From positions 1-56,758 of the IMG/VR virus record IMGVR_UViG_3300009079_000001: DNA of 56,758 nucleotides. One strand, given 5' to 3'. Shown here in pieces: positions 30,753-41,168 of the stretch (position 1 is its first letter; the number at the start of each line of letters is the position of its first letter). Below the pieces are notes generated by a model, which was not told the DNA's origin, made no database searches, and worked only from the letters and a program-made list of their open reading frames with translations. A program made the position numbers and the translations under genes. The DNA is from a virus. Its lineage: Duplodnaviria; Caudoviricetes.

Positions 30753-33700
30753 TTAAACAGTGCCTAATGCTCCATCAGGCTTAATGGCTGCTGCTACAGT
30801 TTTATCACCTCTGTTTCCTACGAAGTTGATATTACTGCCGTCAATTGTAACCAGAACATTTACATCTTTATTATTAGATGCTTGTGGTCTACCTTGTGCT
30901 TTCTCCCAATCTTCAGCAGACTTATCGTACTCACTCTTATAACCTCTTTCCTTCTTCTCTAATTCAGGGTTATGTTCCCAAGCAGGATTATAGTTATTAT
31001 CTTTAGGAAGTTGTTTAGGAGAATGTCCTAGTCCGTAGTTCATATCTTTAGTTAGGTCTACCAGACTTTTAGTTAAACTATTCTCAGCACTCTGTGGAAG
31101 ATTGCTCAAGTCTTTAAGGGCACCATTTACTTTGTCTGTGTTTGCTTTTGCTTCAGCCTCCCTTTTCTCTATATTTTCTGGAGACATACCTAAAGTTTTA
31201 CTAACAGAACTAAAGATATTTGCATTCGGGCCACCAGTGTTAAAGTTGTCATATATGTCAGCGCCATATACAGCAGCCATACCACCAAGATTGTCCCTAT
31301 CTGTAAGGAATTTTGAGCCTTGTGCAAGAGCCAGTACAGAGTGTTGAGTATCTCCGGAGTGCCCTAGTCTTAGTAAAGATGAATCAAGACCTCCAGACAA
31401 CATCATAGAAGCTAAAGCTCTTTCACTATATTGTCCATTATTCTTGGCTCTTATAATAGAGACAAGTGCTGCTGGATCATTAGAGTGCTGCATAACATCT
31501 TCGAAAGTAACTAGACCTCTCATGGCAGCTACAAGTCTTTTAGCAGAGTCAAAGTTACCTGACTCCATTCCACCTGCCATTAAAGATATGGTACTCATTG
31601 CACCAGAGCTTTGACTCTGAGTCATTCCTCCAGCAGCCATCATTATACTGTTAGTAGTATATGTTGTAGGATCCATTCCAATATCATATGCAGCACCAAT
31701 AAATCTATCAGTACCTTTAGCTGCAATATTAATACCAGACTGTAGAGTATCTACAACATCACCAACAAGACCTGCAACGGAAGCTCCTTTAGATTTTCTT
31801 TTAGGAGTAGCAGCACCACCATTTTTGGATGCAGATGATTTACCTCCACCTCCACCTCCACCGCTACCACCACTGGCACCAGTTGTTCCACCAACTCCTT
31901 TAGCAGCTTTAGCATCATCCTCTCTTTCAACCATAGCACCATGCTTCTTGCTTAGGATGTAAGGAGTCTCACCACCTTCTGCCAACATTGCTTCAATTTC
32001 TTTTAGCGGTTTTCCTTTGAACTGTCCTAGTCCTTCAACACCACGTTGAATATCTTTAGCAGCTCTTAAGCCCCATGTAGGGTCACGCTTAAATGTATGG
32101 TCACGAAGCTCTAACTCTTTCTTTTGATTATACGTTCCCTGTACAACAGTCATCTGATCTAAGTTACCAACATGCATTTGATGTTGTGCTTGATGATAAT
32201 AATTCTTAAAGTCCTGAAACTCTGCCGTAGACTTAATTTCCAAACCTTCTCTCATAGGTCTGCCAGCTTTATCTACAAGCAACCTATCAATGGAAGTACC
32301 ACCAGGAAATTGACTGTTAGTCAACATTGGCATCTTCATTGCTGTGATACCAGTACCACTAAACTTAGATTTCATATAAGCATCAGCAATAGGATCTTCC
32401 ATGTCCACACCACGTTGCATGTGTTCATTCATTGCTTGAAACTTATTACTTGTTATATCGCTAAGTCTCTTACCAATTGTATTATTCAGCTTCTCATCAG
32501 AGATAGGCCCAAGACCTTTTACTCCTCTGTTGTTTCCAATCCAACTACTAATAACAGATGAAGTGGGAGTCCACTGTCTATCTTCGTGCCACTGTTTAGT
32601 ACCTTGTTCTGCACCTCTAGTTAGTTGAGGGTTAGCTGCAAGATACGCTGCTAGTGGATCAATATTTCTCCCTAAGCCTAAGCCTGTACTAAAGGAACCT
32701 GCTTTACCAACAAGATCAGAACCCATGTTGCCGTCATATCCAATATGGGCAGGTTTGATAATTGTAGGTGCAGCACCTCTTGTAGTACCTTCACTTGCTC
32801 TATCATTGACATTTACATTAGTCTGAGAATGTGCAGCAGCAATTTCTGAGTTTGTGCCAGCTAAGTTTGGTTCATCCATTGCAGGTCTTGCATTAGCAAA
32901 GCCTCCACCTTCTCCAGACATACCTCCTCTATCGCTTCCTCCTACTGAGCCTGATGAACCTGAAGCTCCAGTAGTATTTACTACTTCTTCTTCTTCTTCC
33001 TCAAACTCCATAGGCATAGCCATTAGCAGTGCCATTTTATCTTCTTCTGACATATTGGCAGTATTAGTATTCCACCAATCTTCTAATGTATTTGCCTTTT
33101 GTTGTGGTGTTCTTATTAGTTCATTATCTGCAACACCAGTATTGTGTACCCACTGTTCTATGAGTTCTTCTATTCTTTCATCCATAGTTCTACTATGCTG
33201 TTCACCATAATCATCTGGAGTGAACATTGGATAGTCAGGAATATAATCACCAGCTCTATCTTCCCAATTACCTGTGAACTCATCATAGCCACTAACTCTA
33301 TTAGGATTAGGTGCAGAGAAGTTCTCATTGCTTCCGAACGTCTTGCCAAAGTTTAGCTGGCTGCGAAAGAACTCATCTTGAAATTCTTCCATCATAGACT
33401 TGTATACAGGCCTGCCACTACCATCTAGTGTCTCACCTGCATCAGTACCAATCATGCCAGAAGGTCTAAAGTAGTTATCAAATGTCTTTCTTAGTTCATC
33501 TTCATTAAACCCATAGTCTCTCCAATCTTCTGGTGAGATACTGCCTTCTTCCATCATCTCTTCTAGTGACTTCTGAGTTATATCTGCAATAGGTTTGTTC
33601 CATACCATACCAGCTTGGTCAGGAACTTTATCCATACCTACGCCATATACGTTAGCAGCTTCTCTTGTAATCCTATTTATTGCAGCTCTCATAATAAGTT

Positions 33701-35540
33701 TCTGAGAGTTGCTCTCTATCTGGTCAACACCTTCTTTGCCATACCTAACGCTTGTTACACCGAAGCCAAGTAAGGAAGATACTACATGCTCTTCTCCACC
33801 ATATATCTCAGAAGGATGACCTTCTTTATTAAGTGGAAACTTAATACCTTCACCAAACTTAGCCCTCATATCAATCATAGAAGGTAAAGCTTCTGTATAG
33901 GAAATAGGTGCAGTAGGTTTTACTCCAGACAAATCTCCAGCTTTAACTCCGGATTTAAATGCCTCTTCGAACTCTCCAATTAACATAGCATTATGAGCAC
34001 CAACATTCTTAAACTGTGGTGGCATAGTATGTGCTAAGTATCTAGCAACTTTAGGAACCATATCCTCATGGCCTTCCTGAACATACATACGAGCTACGGC
34101 ATTAAAGTATTCATCAATACTGCTGTTCTCATGAAGTCCCATAGAGTAATACTGCTGAGACTTAAAGTCATCTTCACTATAGTCCATCCAACCATCAATA
34201 CCTTCCTCTCTTTTCCTCACTCCTTGTAAGAAATCTATAGAGCTAATCTGTTGGTAAGATGGTAAATCACCTTTAGTGTAAAGACTGTAGTCAAACTGCA
34301 TAAACTCATCTGTAGCAACTGGCCCCCTTATAGGGATAACATCAGTTGATCTACGAGGGTCATTAGTAAACTGCTGAGAAGCACCTCTATTGAAATGCCC
34401 AAAGATAGCTGCAACACCTCTCAATGCGAGTTTGTTATCACCTCTCATTGGGTTCTTGTCACGATACTTTCTTATACGATCGTCAGTGTCATCTTCATAT
34501 TCATCTTCATATTCAACAACATTTAACATACCAGTTGTTGATCTTTCTCCATCTTCTTCACTAACTTCATTGAGAGCGTCTAGTTGACCTTCCCAACTAT
34601 CTTCACCTAACTTACCAGTAAGATGACTTATGCGAAGATGGTTAGAGTTAATTATACCAAAGATAGATAACTCATCTTTACTAAATACACTGCCTCTTTC
34701 AGCTATAGGAGTTTCATCATACAGCTGTGCCTTACTAAGAACTTGAGATAACACATCGTCATATCCCATAGCCTTAACTTTACCAGCCAAGATAACTTCA
34801 AGTGTCATCTTGTCAGCAGCTTCCTGTACTGTACCTGTACTTAGTTGTCCAGTCTCTTCCTTAATAGTCATCTCATTATATTGAGCTAAGTCAGACTTCT
34901 TCTTTCTATCATAAGAAACTTTTCTTGCAGTAGATGGTGAAAAGCCTTTAGCTTTTAAATCTTCTTCTGCAAACCTATTAAATTCTTCTATGTTAAGTGC
35001 TTCATATACTTCAGAAGTACTGAACTTTTCTACAGCATTATTTACATCATACTCCAAACCTCTTTCAGTCTCTGGAGTACCTGACAGAATATAGTGCATA
35101 AGCATATAGTCTTTAAGTCTTTGCTTTTCAAACTCAAAGTCTTGCTTTCTTCTAAATACTTTGTCAGCTTCAATTCTATAATTATATGTTTCGTATGCAG
35201 ATTCAACTTTGGTTACTTTAAGTTCCTCTTGTACAGTCTTACCATTGGCTCCTGTAACAGCAACGAAGTGCTTAGGTTGATCTGGCAATTCTTTCTTGCC
35301 TGCTACCATTGGTGTAGCTATAGCTTTCTTGTATAACTTATCACCTTCTCTTGAAAGTGATCTAATCCATTTACCTTTCTTCAAGGTAAAGTTTCTTACT
35401 TTGGCACCTTCTACAGCATTATCCCAAGTTACTGTTACTGTTCTGAAAGAGCCTGCTGACATTGTTTCGCCAGCCTTTGTTCTAGGATTCTTCTTATCCC
35501 ATTTTGCTTTAGAACCTTCTGGGTCTTTTTTCCTAGCCAT
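30753..35540 (-). CDS. Tape-measure-position virion protein with internal YqaJ/lambda-exonuclease domain
   Basis: Follows tail chaperones; EQGTKQWHEDR..PTSS, RG...E, SID, LEIKS, YYHQAQHQM near aa 978-1130. Confidence 0.8.
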   Translation of the reverse strand: MARKKDPEGSKAKWDKKNPRTKAGETMSAGSFRTVTVTWDNAVEGAKVRNFTLKKGKWIRSLSREGDKLYKKAIATPMVAGKKELPDQPKHFVAVTGANGKTVQEELKVTKVESAYETYNYRIEADKVFRRKQDFEFEKQRLKDYMLMHYILSGTPETERGLEYDVNNAVEKFSTSEVYEALNIEEFNRFAEEDLKAKGFSPSTARKVSYDRKKKSDLAQYNEMTIKEETGQLSTGTVQEAADKMTLEVILAGKVKAMGYDDVLSQVLSKAQLYDETPIAERGSVFSKDELSIFGIINSNHLRISHLTGKLGEDSWEGQLDALNEVSEEDGERSTTGMLNVVEYEDEYEDDTDDRIRKYRDKNPMRGDNKLALRGVAAIFGHFNRGASQQFTNDPRRSTDVIPIRGPVATDEFMQFDYSLYTKGDLPSYQQISSIDFLQGVRKREEGIDGWMDYSEDDFKSQQYYSMGLHENSSIDEYFNAVARMYVQEGHEDMVPKVARYLAHTMPPQFKNVGAHNAMLIGEFEEAFKSGVKAGDLSGVKPTAPISYTEALPSMIDMRAKFGEGIKFPLNKEGHPSEIYGGEEHVVSSLLGFGVTSVRYGKEGVDQIESNSQKLIMRAAINRITREAANVYGVGMDKVPDQAGMVWNKPIADITQKSLEEMMEEGSISPEDWRDYGFNEDELRKTFDNYFRPSGMIGTDAGETLDGSGRPVYKSMMEEFQDEFFRSQLNFGKTFGSNENFSAPNPNRVSGYDEFTGNWEDRAGDYIPDYPMFTPDDYGEQHSRTMDERIEELIEQWVHNTGVADNELIRTPQQKANTLEDWWNTNTANMSEEDKMALLMAMPMEFEEEEEEVVNTTGASGSSGSVGGSDRGGMSGEGGGFANARPAMDEPNLAGTNSEIAAAHSQTNVNVNDRASEGTTRGAAPTIIKPAHIGYDGNMGSDLVGKAGSFSTGLGLGRNIDPLAAYLAANPQLTRGAEQGTKQWHEDRQWTPTSSVISSWIGNNRGVKGLGPISDEKLNNTIGKRLSDITSNKFQAMNEHMQRGVDMEDPIADAYMKSKFSGTGITAMKMPMLTNSQFPGGTSIDRLLVDKAGRPMREGLEIKSTAEFQDFKNYYHQAQHQMHVGNLDQMTVVQGTYNQKKELELRDHTFKRDPTWGLRAAKDIQRGVEGLGQFKGKPLKEIEAMLAEGGETPYILSKKHGAMVEREDDAKAAKGVGGTTGASGGSGGGGGGGKSSASKNGGAATPKRKSKGASVAGLVGDVVDTLQSGINIAAKGTDRFIGAAYDIGMDPTTYTTNSIMMAAGGMTQSQSSGAMSTISLMAGGMESGNFDSAKRLVAAMRGLVTFEDVMQHSNDPAALVSIIRAKNNGQYSERALASMMLSGGLDSSLLRLGHSGDTQHSVLALAQGSKFLTDRDNLGGMAAVYGADIYDNFNTGGPNANIFSSVSKTLGMSPENIEKREAEAKANTDKVNGALKDLSNLPQSAENSLTKSLVDLTKDMNYGLGHSPKQLPKDNNYNPAWEHNPELEKKERGYKSEYDKSAEDWEKAQGRPQASNNKDVNVLVTIDGSNINFVGNRGDKTVAAAIKPDGALGTV

Positions 35541-35542
35541 AG

Positions 35543-35830
35543 TTATTCACCTCTCTTGAGACGTTCTTTAAGGTCAAGCAATTCATGCATCATAAACAAG
35601 TCATCAATACTATATGTACCATCTTGCAATTCCCTCATTAAACAGAGAGGTGGCTCAACAACTAGAGGACGATGCAGATAGTAATTAAGAGCTGGGAAAT
35701 CTTTATCCAATTCTTGATCTTCTTCCTCAGTCTCATATATTGTATTACCATCTGCATCCAGTTTTATAGAAGTAACTTGTTCTTCAACTACTTGCTGCTG
35801 TCTTTTGTTTGCTGACCTTGCTCGAAAAAA
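35543..35830 (-). CDS. Tail assembly chaperone, -1 frameshift extension (gpGT-like)
   Basis: Slippery T-TTT-TTC at 35830-35824; -1 frame open 93 codons to TAA at 35543 with ELQDGTYSIDDLFMMHELLD; no own start with RBS. Confidence 0.8.
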   Translation of the reverse strand, partial: FFRARSANKRQQQVVEEQVTSIKLDADGNTIYETEEEDQELDKDFPALNYYLHRPLVVEPPLCLMRELQDGTYSIDDLFMMHELLDLKERLKRGE

Positions 35831-36168
35831 TCTTTGAAGTTTACCTCCAAAACAAATGCAAAGACTTTGTACATAAACAACAAGTCGCCAGATAGTTCAG
35901 TATCAAATGTGGAAGAATTAATTTCTTTACTATCAATACGAACACCGATACAGCAATCTTTTACAAGTGTAGTAAACATATTAATATTACAATTAGTTAA
36001 GATATAGGAGAAATGATTAAGTTCCCACTCTCCATAAACTAAAGGAAGAGCAGTATCTCCCAAAGCATTCATCATTCTAACTTGCATTTCCATAGCCTTT
36101 GTTGCAGGCCATTGGATTACATAAACCTGTTTGTTTCCTATTTCTCTTGTTTCTGATTTACACGCCAC
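35788..36168 (-). CDS. Tail assembly chaperone (gpG-like)
   Basis: After tail tube; ends VLEVNFKDFF at slippery site; AAGGAG RBS with GTG start. Confidence 0.85.
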   Translation of the reverse strand: MACKSETREIGNKQVYVIQWPATKAMEMQVRMMNALGDTALPLVYGEWELNHFSYILTNCNINMFTTLVKDCCIGVRIDSKEINSSTFDTELSGDLLFMYKVFAFVLEVNFKDFFEQGQQTKDSSK

Positions 36169-36193
36169 GATACTTCTCCTTATTCTCTTAACT

Positions 36194-36222
36194 AAAATAG
36201 GGACTACTATGGTAGCCCCTAT
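36194..36222 (-). terminator. Rho-independent terminator after tail tube
   Basis: ATAGGGGCTAC-CATA-GTAGTCCCTAT-TTT. Confidence 0.75.
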
Positions 36223-36229
36223 GTGTTTG

Positions 36230-36685
36230 TTACAGTCCTACGTACTCATATTGACCTTGAACAAACCAGATTTGTTCATACTCAATAGTCCAACTCAAAG
36301 ATACAATACCAGAACCACGAACGATAGCTGGCATTACTGGAATAAACCCATTAACACCTGTTACCAAAGTGACACCCATCTTATCGTTAAGCAGACCCTG
36401 AATAGGATCAAACACTTGACGGTTGCCAGACAAGCCAGTGTTTTGAGACAACATAGCTCTGCTGTTTAGAATGGTGTTGTAATCTGAGGTTTGCAGCAGG
36501 GCAAATACCATACGACCAGAACGGTCAGCGATAGTTGCTACAGACATTTCACCGCGAGCACCAATTACTTTAGTGTGTTGCACATTAGTACGGCCTGCAC
36601 TAATGATGCTATTGGTATCAGTAAAGCCAGTTACTGGAATACCGTCGAGCAACAAATCGACATTATAAAAACTATACTGCTTCAT
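36230..36685 (-). CDS. Tail tube protein (DUF3277-like)
   Basis: Follows sheath; GARGE, SG.....LLQTS..N. Confidence 0.85.
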   Translation of the reverse strand: MKQYSFYNVDLLLDGIPVTGFTDTNSIISAGRTNVQHTKVIGARGEMSVATIADRSGRMVFALLQTSDYNTILNSRAMLSQNTGLSGNRQVFDPIQGLLNDKMGVTLVTGVNGFIPVMPAIVRGSGIVSLSWTIEYEQIWFVQGQYEYVGL

Positions 36686-36696
36686 ATGTTACTCCT

Positions 36697-38136
36697 TTAT
36701 TCGCTGAACGAGCCAGTGATAACAACCTTGTGGATTGCGCCAGCGCCAACTGCAATGAAAGTAATACCACGATAGATACGGTTGCCCTTATCTGCCGAGG
36801 ATACATCACTAACAGGTACATAATTAATCTGATAACCAAGTTCCAGATAGGTTCCATCGGTAGTATTACCAGGAGCAATCAAACCGTTACGAACACCTTG
36901 TCTCAAACCTTGCTCAACCTTCTGGATAATCATGCCAACACCAGTGTCCGTGTATGGAACCTTAGTAGTAGATTGATACAGCAGATTGAATACATCAGTC
37001 TCAATGCGATTTTGCAGCCAGTCAGTACCATGAATAGTATCGAAGTAAGAACCACCAGCCATTTTACTTTCTGCAAAGAAGCTATTAGAACCAACATCAA
37101 GGAACACGTTACAGTTGATTAACTGTAGTTTAGCATTCTGAGTAGAGGTTAGTTTAGCAACTGGAATAGTAGGCAGCTTCTTATACATCAGAGTAATAGT
37201 AGTGTTAGTGCCTTCGAAGTTAACAGTGAATGCACGACCGGCAACAGAAGCACCAGCATAAGTGCCAGCAATAGGAGCATATACAGAAAGAGTTCTGCTA
37301 TTCTCTTTAGCATCAATCTGACCAGCAATAGTAGATTCATTGCCCACTTCAAGTACGCCTCTGTCAGAGGTAGTGTTAAACATTACCTTAGTACGAGCTT
37401 GTACCCAATCAGAAGCACTCAATACAGAATCTGTATCGTCATAGGAGCTATCAAGAACTACACCGTAGAAAGTACCATCTACTTCTTCACACTTGCTCAG
37501 AGCTTGTGTAACAGTTTCTTGTGAACTACCTTGAGTGAGTGTTGCAGACAACAACTTCATAGCTGCGGCAAGACCACCAACATCAGCAGAAGCTACTGTA
37601 ATAGTAGAACTCTCACCAGTTGTAGGACTTACTACTTCAAACTGAACACCATTGTAAAAGCAAATAGTACCTGCAAGTTCAGCAGCCATTGCAGTACTTA
37701 CTACACCAGCGATAGCAGACAGGGATGTTTCTCCCGACAAATCTATGGCACTAATAGTAACGTCTGTACCATCAATAGTCATAGTAAAGCCACCAGCAGT
37801 AACAGCTTGCAAGTCTGCCAGCAGTGGTTCAGAACTACCAGTTGCAGTTGCTGGAGTTGGCGCACCAGAAACCAAACCTACAAGGAAGTAGACAGGCTTT
37901 GGTTGTTGTGCATAGTATGCAGTAGCAGCTTTATTAATTTCACCAGATGGGAAATCTTCTGCCACAGCAGACATAGAACTATACTGTCTAACACGTTCAG
38001 TAGTGTTAATTGGATTAGAGCCAGCACTAGCTTCTGGACTCAACATCAGCAGAGAACCAAAACCAGCTAGTCCCTGTGGTGTAGGAGCAAGAGCAATGCT
38101 GACATTGACATACTCGGAAATTGGAACAGTTGACAT
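36697..38136 (-). CDS. Tail sheath protein (DUF3383-like)
   Basis: TITLMYK.LP, FD.IHG.DWL, KVPYTD.G, AGAIH.V.I. Confidence 0.92.
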   Translation of the reverse strand: MSTVPISEYVNVSIALAPTPQGLAGFGSLLMLSPEASAGSNPINTTERVRQYSSMSAVAEDFPSGEINKAATAYYAQQPKPVYFLVGLVSGAPTPATATGSSEPLLADLQAVTAGGFTMTIDGTDVTISAIDLSGETSLSAIAGVVSTAMAAELAGTICFYNGVQFEVVSPTTGESSTITVASADVGGLAAAMKLLSATLTQGSSQETVTQALSKCEEVDGTFYGVVLDSSYDDTDSVLSASDWVQARTKVMFNTTSDRGVLEVGNESTIAGQIDAKENSRTLSVYAPIAGTYAGASVAGRAFTVNFEGTNTTITLMYKKLPTIPVAKLTSTQNAKLQLINCNVFLDVGSNSFFAESKMAGGSYFDTIHGTDWLQNRIETDVFNLLYQSTTKVPYTDTGVGMIIQKVEQGLRQGVRNGLIAPGNTTDGTYLELGYQINYVPVSDVSSADKGNRIYRGITFIAVGAGAIHKVVITGSFSE

Positions 38137-38151
38137 ATATTAATGTCTCCT

Positions 38152-38691
38152 TTATTTGTGATATTTAATATCAATGTGTACAGGGACGACTACATCTTCA
38201 ATTTGATGCTCGCCATTAATCTCTGCTTCTACAATTCTTGGGATTCTAGTTTCTTGCGTTCTGATAACATTAAAGTTAAGTCTTACTCCTGTTCTCACTT
38301 CCCATTGAGATTCCAGCGATAGTGTCCTAACTTGTAGTGGCCCTTTATCAATAAGAACCATTCCAGACTTTTTCATTAGGTCTAATACATCCGGCCTATA
38401 GAAACTGTTATTGAAGAAGTCTGCATCTACATCATCTCTCGAAAACAGTACGTCAAAGGATAATATCCGAATACCTTTAGTTCTAAATACAAATTCATCT
38501 GTATCTGGATCATACTCATTCTCGTATTCATCATATCCTGGGCTGAATGTTCCCATAGGTCTTACAGCAGCATAAGCATCTACAGGAGGACGTGGAGCAT
38601 TCTTAAACATAGGGTAAGAGTAGTTAGGTTTTAATACACACTGATCGACAATCTTCTGTACGTTCTGAATGTCTATATCCATTAGTCCCAC
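38152..38691 (-). CDS. Neck / tail completion protein
   Basis: NAPRP...YA motif; synteny before sheath. Confidence 0.7.
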   Translation of the reverse strand: MGLMDIDIQNVQKIVDQCVLKPNYSYPMFKNAPRPPVDAYAAVRPMGTFSPGYDEYENEYDPDTDEFVFRTKGIRILSFDVLFSRDDVDADFFNNSFYRPDVLDLMKKSGMVLIDKGPLQVRTLSLESQWEVRTGVRLNFNVIRTQETRIPRIVEAEINGEHQIEDVVVPVHIDIKYHK

Positions 38692-39194
38692 CCATTAACA
38701 CTAGAAACTCTAGTGCCCCTTCTTTCTTTCTTGACAGCTTCCAAAGTATCTTTTACTTCCACATTAAAGCAATCAACCATTTGGTTAACAAGCTCATCAG
38801 TAAGAGGTACTGGAACAGACTCTTGAAGTATAAGGTTCTGAACCTTAGCTCCAATAAGTTTCTGAAAGCCTGCTGCTTCATAGTGTCCATGCTGCAACAC
38901 AATGTAAGTTGTGTCGTAGATACACAACAATGATCTAATAGGAACATCGTGTGTAGTATGAAAGCCCATGAAGGCTGGTATTCTTTCAAGCTCAGGGTTT
39001 GCTTTAAGCTGTTCCCCGAATACACCTTCCTCCCTATTGCCGTATGGGAGAGGTGTAGCTCTAATCTTTATAACTGGCCCCATAGCATTAACTACCCATT
39101 GATTGTTTGCATCCCAATAGCCACCAATAGGTGCTGCAAATAAAACATTATCAACAGTAGTATATCTGTTAAAGGCTCTTCGTTGGTTTATCAT
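38682..39194 (-). CDS. Head closure / neck protein
   Basis: GGYWD..NQWV; synteny. Confidence 0.65.
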   Translation of the reverse strand: MINQRRAFNRYTTVDNVLFAAPIGGYWDANNQWVVNAMGPVIKIRATPLPYGNREEGVFGEQLKANPELERIPAFMGFHTTHDVPIRSLLCIYDTTYIVLQHGHYEAAGFQKLIGAKVQNLILQESVPVPLTDELVNQMVDCFNVEVKDTLEAVKKERRGTRVSSVNGWD

Positions 39195-39589
39195 TATGGA
39201 TAACCAGCAGCAACAACACGAGCACCGGCAAATGCTTGGTTACGCCACTTAATATATTGTTGACCATAGATAGTGGACGTATAAAGTCCAGCACCACTTA
39301 TACCTATGTCAGCAGACTTACCTGTAGCGAAGTCAACTTCAACTTCATCTACGTCTGTCTTGCTGAGAGGTAACATTGGTGTAGTGTCGCCAGAGCTACT
39401 AGCGTCAGAGATTGCAAGGTTGTGGGCGATGAGGTATGACAATGCAACATCATACACAGGCTCATTGAGCCACCTATTAAAGTCATCACCCATTTCCAAG
39501 ACAGCATCACCAAAGTAAATATCAAATCTACCTTGGCTAAGACTAGAGAACTCTGGAAACCTTGCTGTAAAACTTGCAAGATCAACCAT
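39194..39589 (-). CDS. Head-tail adaptor (DUF4054-like)
   Basis: F.ARFPEF, YL.AH.L, ST.YGQQY. Confidence 0.85.
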   Translation of the reverse strand: MVDLASFTARFPEFSSLSQGRFDIYFGDAVLEMGDDFNRWLNEPVYDVALSYLIAHNLAISDASSSGDTTPMLPLSKTDVDEVEVDFATGKSADIGISGAGLYTSTIYGQQYIKWRNQAFAGARVVAAGYP

Positions 39590-39605
39590 TGTTCATTCCT
39601 CTATG

Positions 39606-40091
39606 TTAGACACACAGAGTCTGGTAAAGATCATTAATCTCATCCAGAGTATGAGTCTCGATTGTCACAGTAATCTTCTTCTTAGCAAGTGCTTTAATCA
39701 TTGCAGGAACTTCAACTTCAGTTCCCTTAACTTTCTCAGTGATTTCTAAATCACCACATCTGATCCGCTCTGCAACAAGATTGACTTTCTTAGTTGCACC
39801 AGTAGGTTCAAAGATAGTGCGGTAGACAGGTTTACCGTCCATAGTAGCTCCCGGAATAACTTCCAGAACTTCTGCATAAATCTTTACCGTGGTGGTGCCC
39901 TTAGTTGCTTGTTTCCACAATTCATCTTCAATTTCTACTTCTGCCAAAGCAGGAACACAAATCAAGGTACTCTGTGGATATTCAGCTTTTACAATCTTGT
40001 TGCCATACTGATCAACAGTCTCCGTGTTCTTTCCCGCATTAGTACGGGCTTGGAACATAATGGGAGCTTCGGTTTTGTTTCTTAGACGCAT
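39606..40091 (-). CDS. Hypothetical head-module protein
   Basis: AAGGAG RBS; directly after capsid gene. Confidence 0.8.
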   Translation of the reverse strand: MRLRNKTEAPIMFQARTNAGKNTETVDQYGNKIVKAEYPQSTLICVPALAEVEIEDELWKQATKGTTTVKIYAEVLEVIPGATMDGKPVYRTIFEPTGATKKVNLVAERIRCGDLEITEKVKGTEVEVPAMIKALAKKKITVTIETHTLDEINDLYQTLCV

Positions 40092-40135
40092 GTTGGTTTC
40101 TCCTTTTGAGAATGATTAAAACGTTAGGCTTTATA

Positions 40136-41140
40136 TTAGATACCATACCAAATGTCAATAGCGCGAGGATAAGTTACTTCCAGTCCTGCGAAACGACCAC
40201 GGCCAGGAATTTCATAGACAAGACCATGAAGTTGTACTGGCATAAATTGCAGAGGCAGAGGTTCACGAATACGAATAGTCTGAGTACCTTCTGGAGTAGT
40301 CTTGGTCAGTACAACGAAGCACTCAGAACCACCGTCACCCATACCTTCAATAGCATTGAGAGGCTTAATGGTGGTGATATTAAAGCTGTTGTTCTGAGTG
40401 AAGTACTTCAGAATGGTGGTGTCAGACAAAGACGAACGTGGAGTACTGTTAATGTAGTTCCACTGAGCCACAGGCAACCAAATCTCGGTAGGTCTGTGAA
40501 TCTTCTTAGTGGCAGCATACATAGCACCACAAGCAAAGTTCAGGTCATGGATGATTTCATCCGGTGTTTTGTCAGCCCATTCTGTGTTGGTGGAAGCACC
40601 AGCAACTACAGGGTTGTGAGCAATGTTGTTAGCAGGATTGAAGAAGCCATTAAAGCTACCAGTAGAATCACCATACCAAATAGCAGTGTTGATGAATTCT
40701 TCATAGCCACGACGAGCAGCCATTGCTTTACGAGCTTCAAGTGGCATACCACTCATTTGTGCAGAAGCAACTTCGTCAATGTCATAGTCATAAGCACAGC
40801 CTACGCTCTTAACATTAATCGAGTATTCCCGACCAGAAATATCAGACTTAGGCAAATCAGTTGCGCGAGCATTGATTACCTGAGCTTTACCAATACGGTC
40901 GTAGCTTCTGTAAGTCAAAGATGTTGCACCAGCACCACCAAGGGTAAGTGTAGGGAAGCAGTCACGGGCTTCCAAGTCTGGATACAGAACATCATAAGTT
41001 GTCTGCTCAATTACTTCGAGCTGACGTTGAAAGAACAGACCATCGCTATCATTCAAGCGAGCATCTGAGTCTACGAGTTTCTGGAAGTGATCATTGAGAA
41101 TCTCTACACTACCATCAGCCATTTTTACTTCACGAGCCAT
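40136..41140 (-). CDS. Major capsid protein (DUF2184-like, HK97 fold)
   Basis: FF.RQLE.IE...Y...YP.L, A.DLP, WA.KT..EI..D, G.....YP.A; strong RBS and codon bias. Confidence 0.92.
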   Translation of the reverse strand: MAREVKMADGSVEILNDHFQKLVDSDARLNDSDGLFFQRQLEVIEQTTYDVLYPDLEARDCFPTLTLGGAGATSLTYRSYDRIGKAQVINARATDLPKSDISGREYSINVKSVGCAYDYDIDEVASAQMSGMPLEARKAMAARRGYEEFINTAIWYGDSTGSFNGFFNPANNIAHNPVVAGASTNTEWADKTPDEIIHDLNFACGAMYAATKKIHRPTEIWLPVAQWNYINSTPRSSLSDTTILKYFTQNNSFNITTIKPLNAIEGMGDGGSECFVVLTKTTPEGTQTIRIREPLPLQFMPVQLHGLVYEIPGRGRFAGLEVTYPRAIDIWYGI

Positions 41141-41168
41141 AATTTTACATCTCCTTTAAAAAATTGAA

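Noticed and set aside
40106-41068. 320-aa plus-strand ORF antisense to the major capsid gene
   Set aside because: Shadow ORF expected from strong codon bias; no RBS or motifs, and all credible genes are minus-strand.
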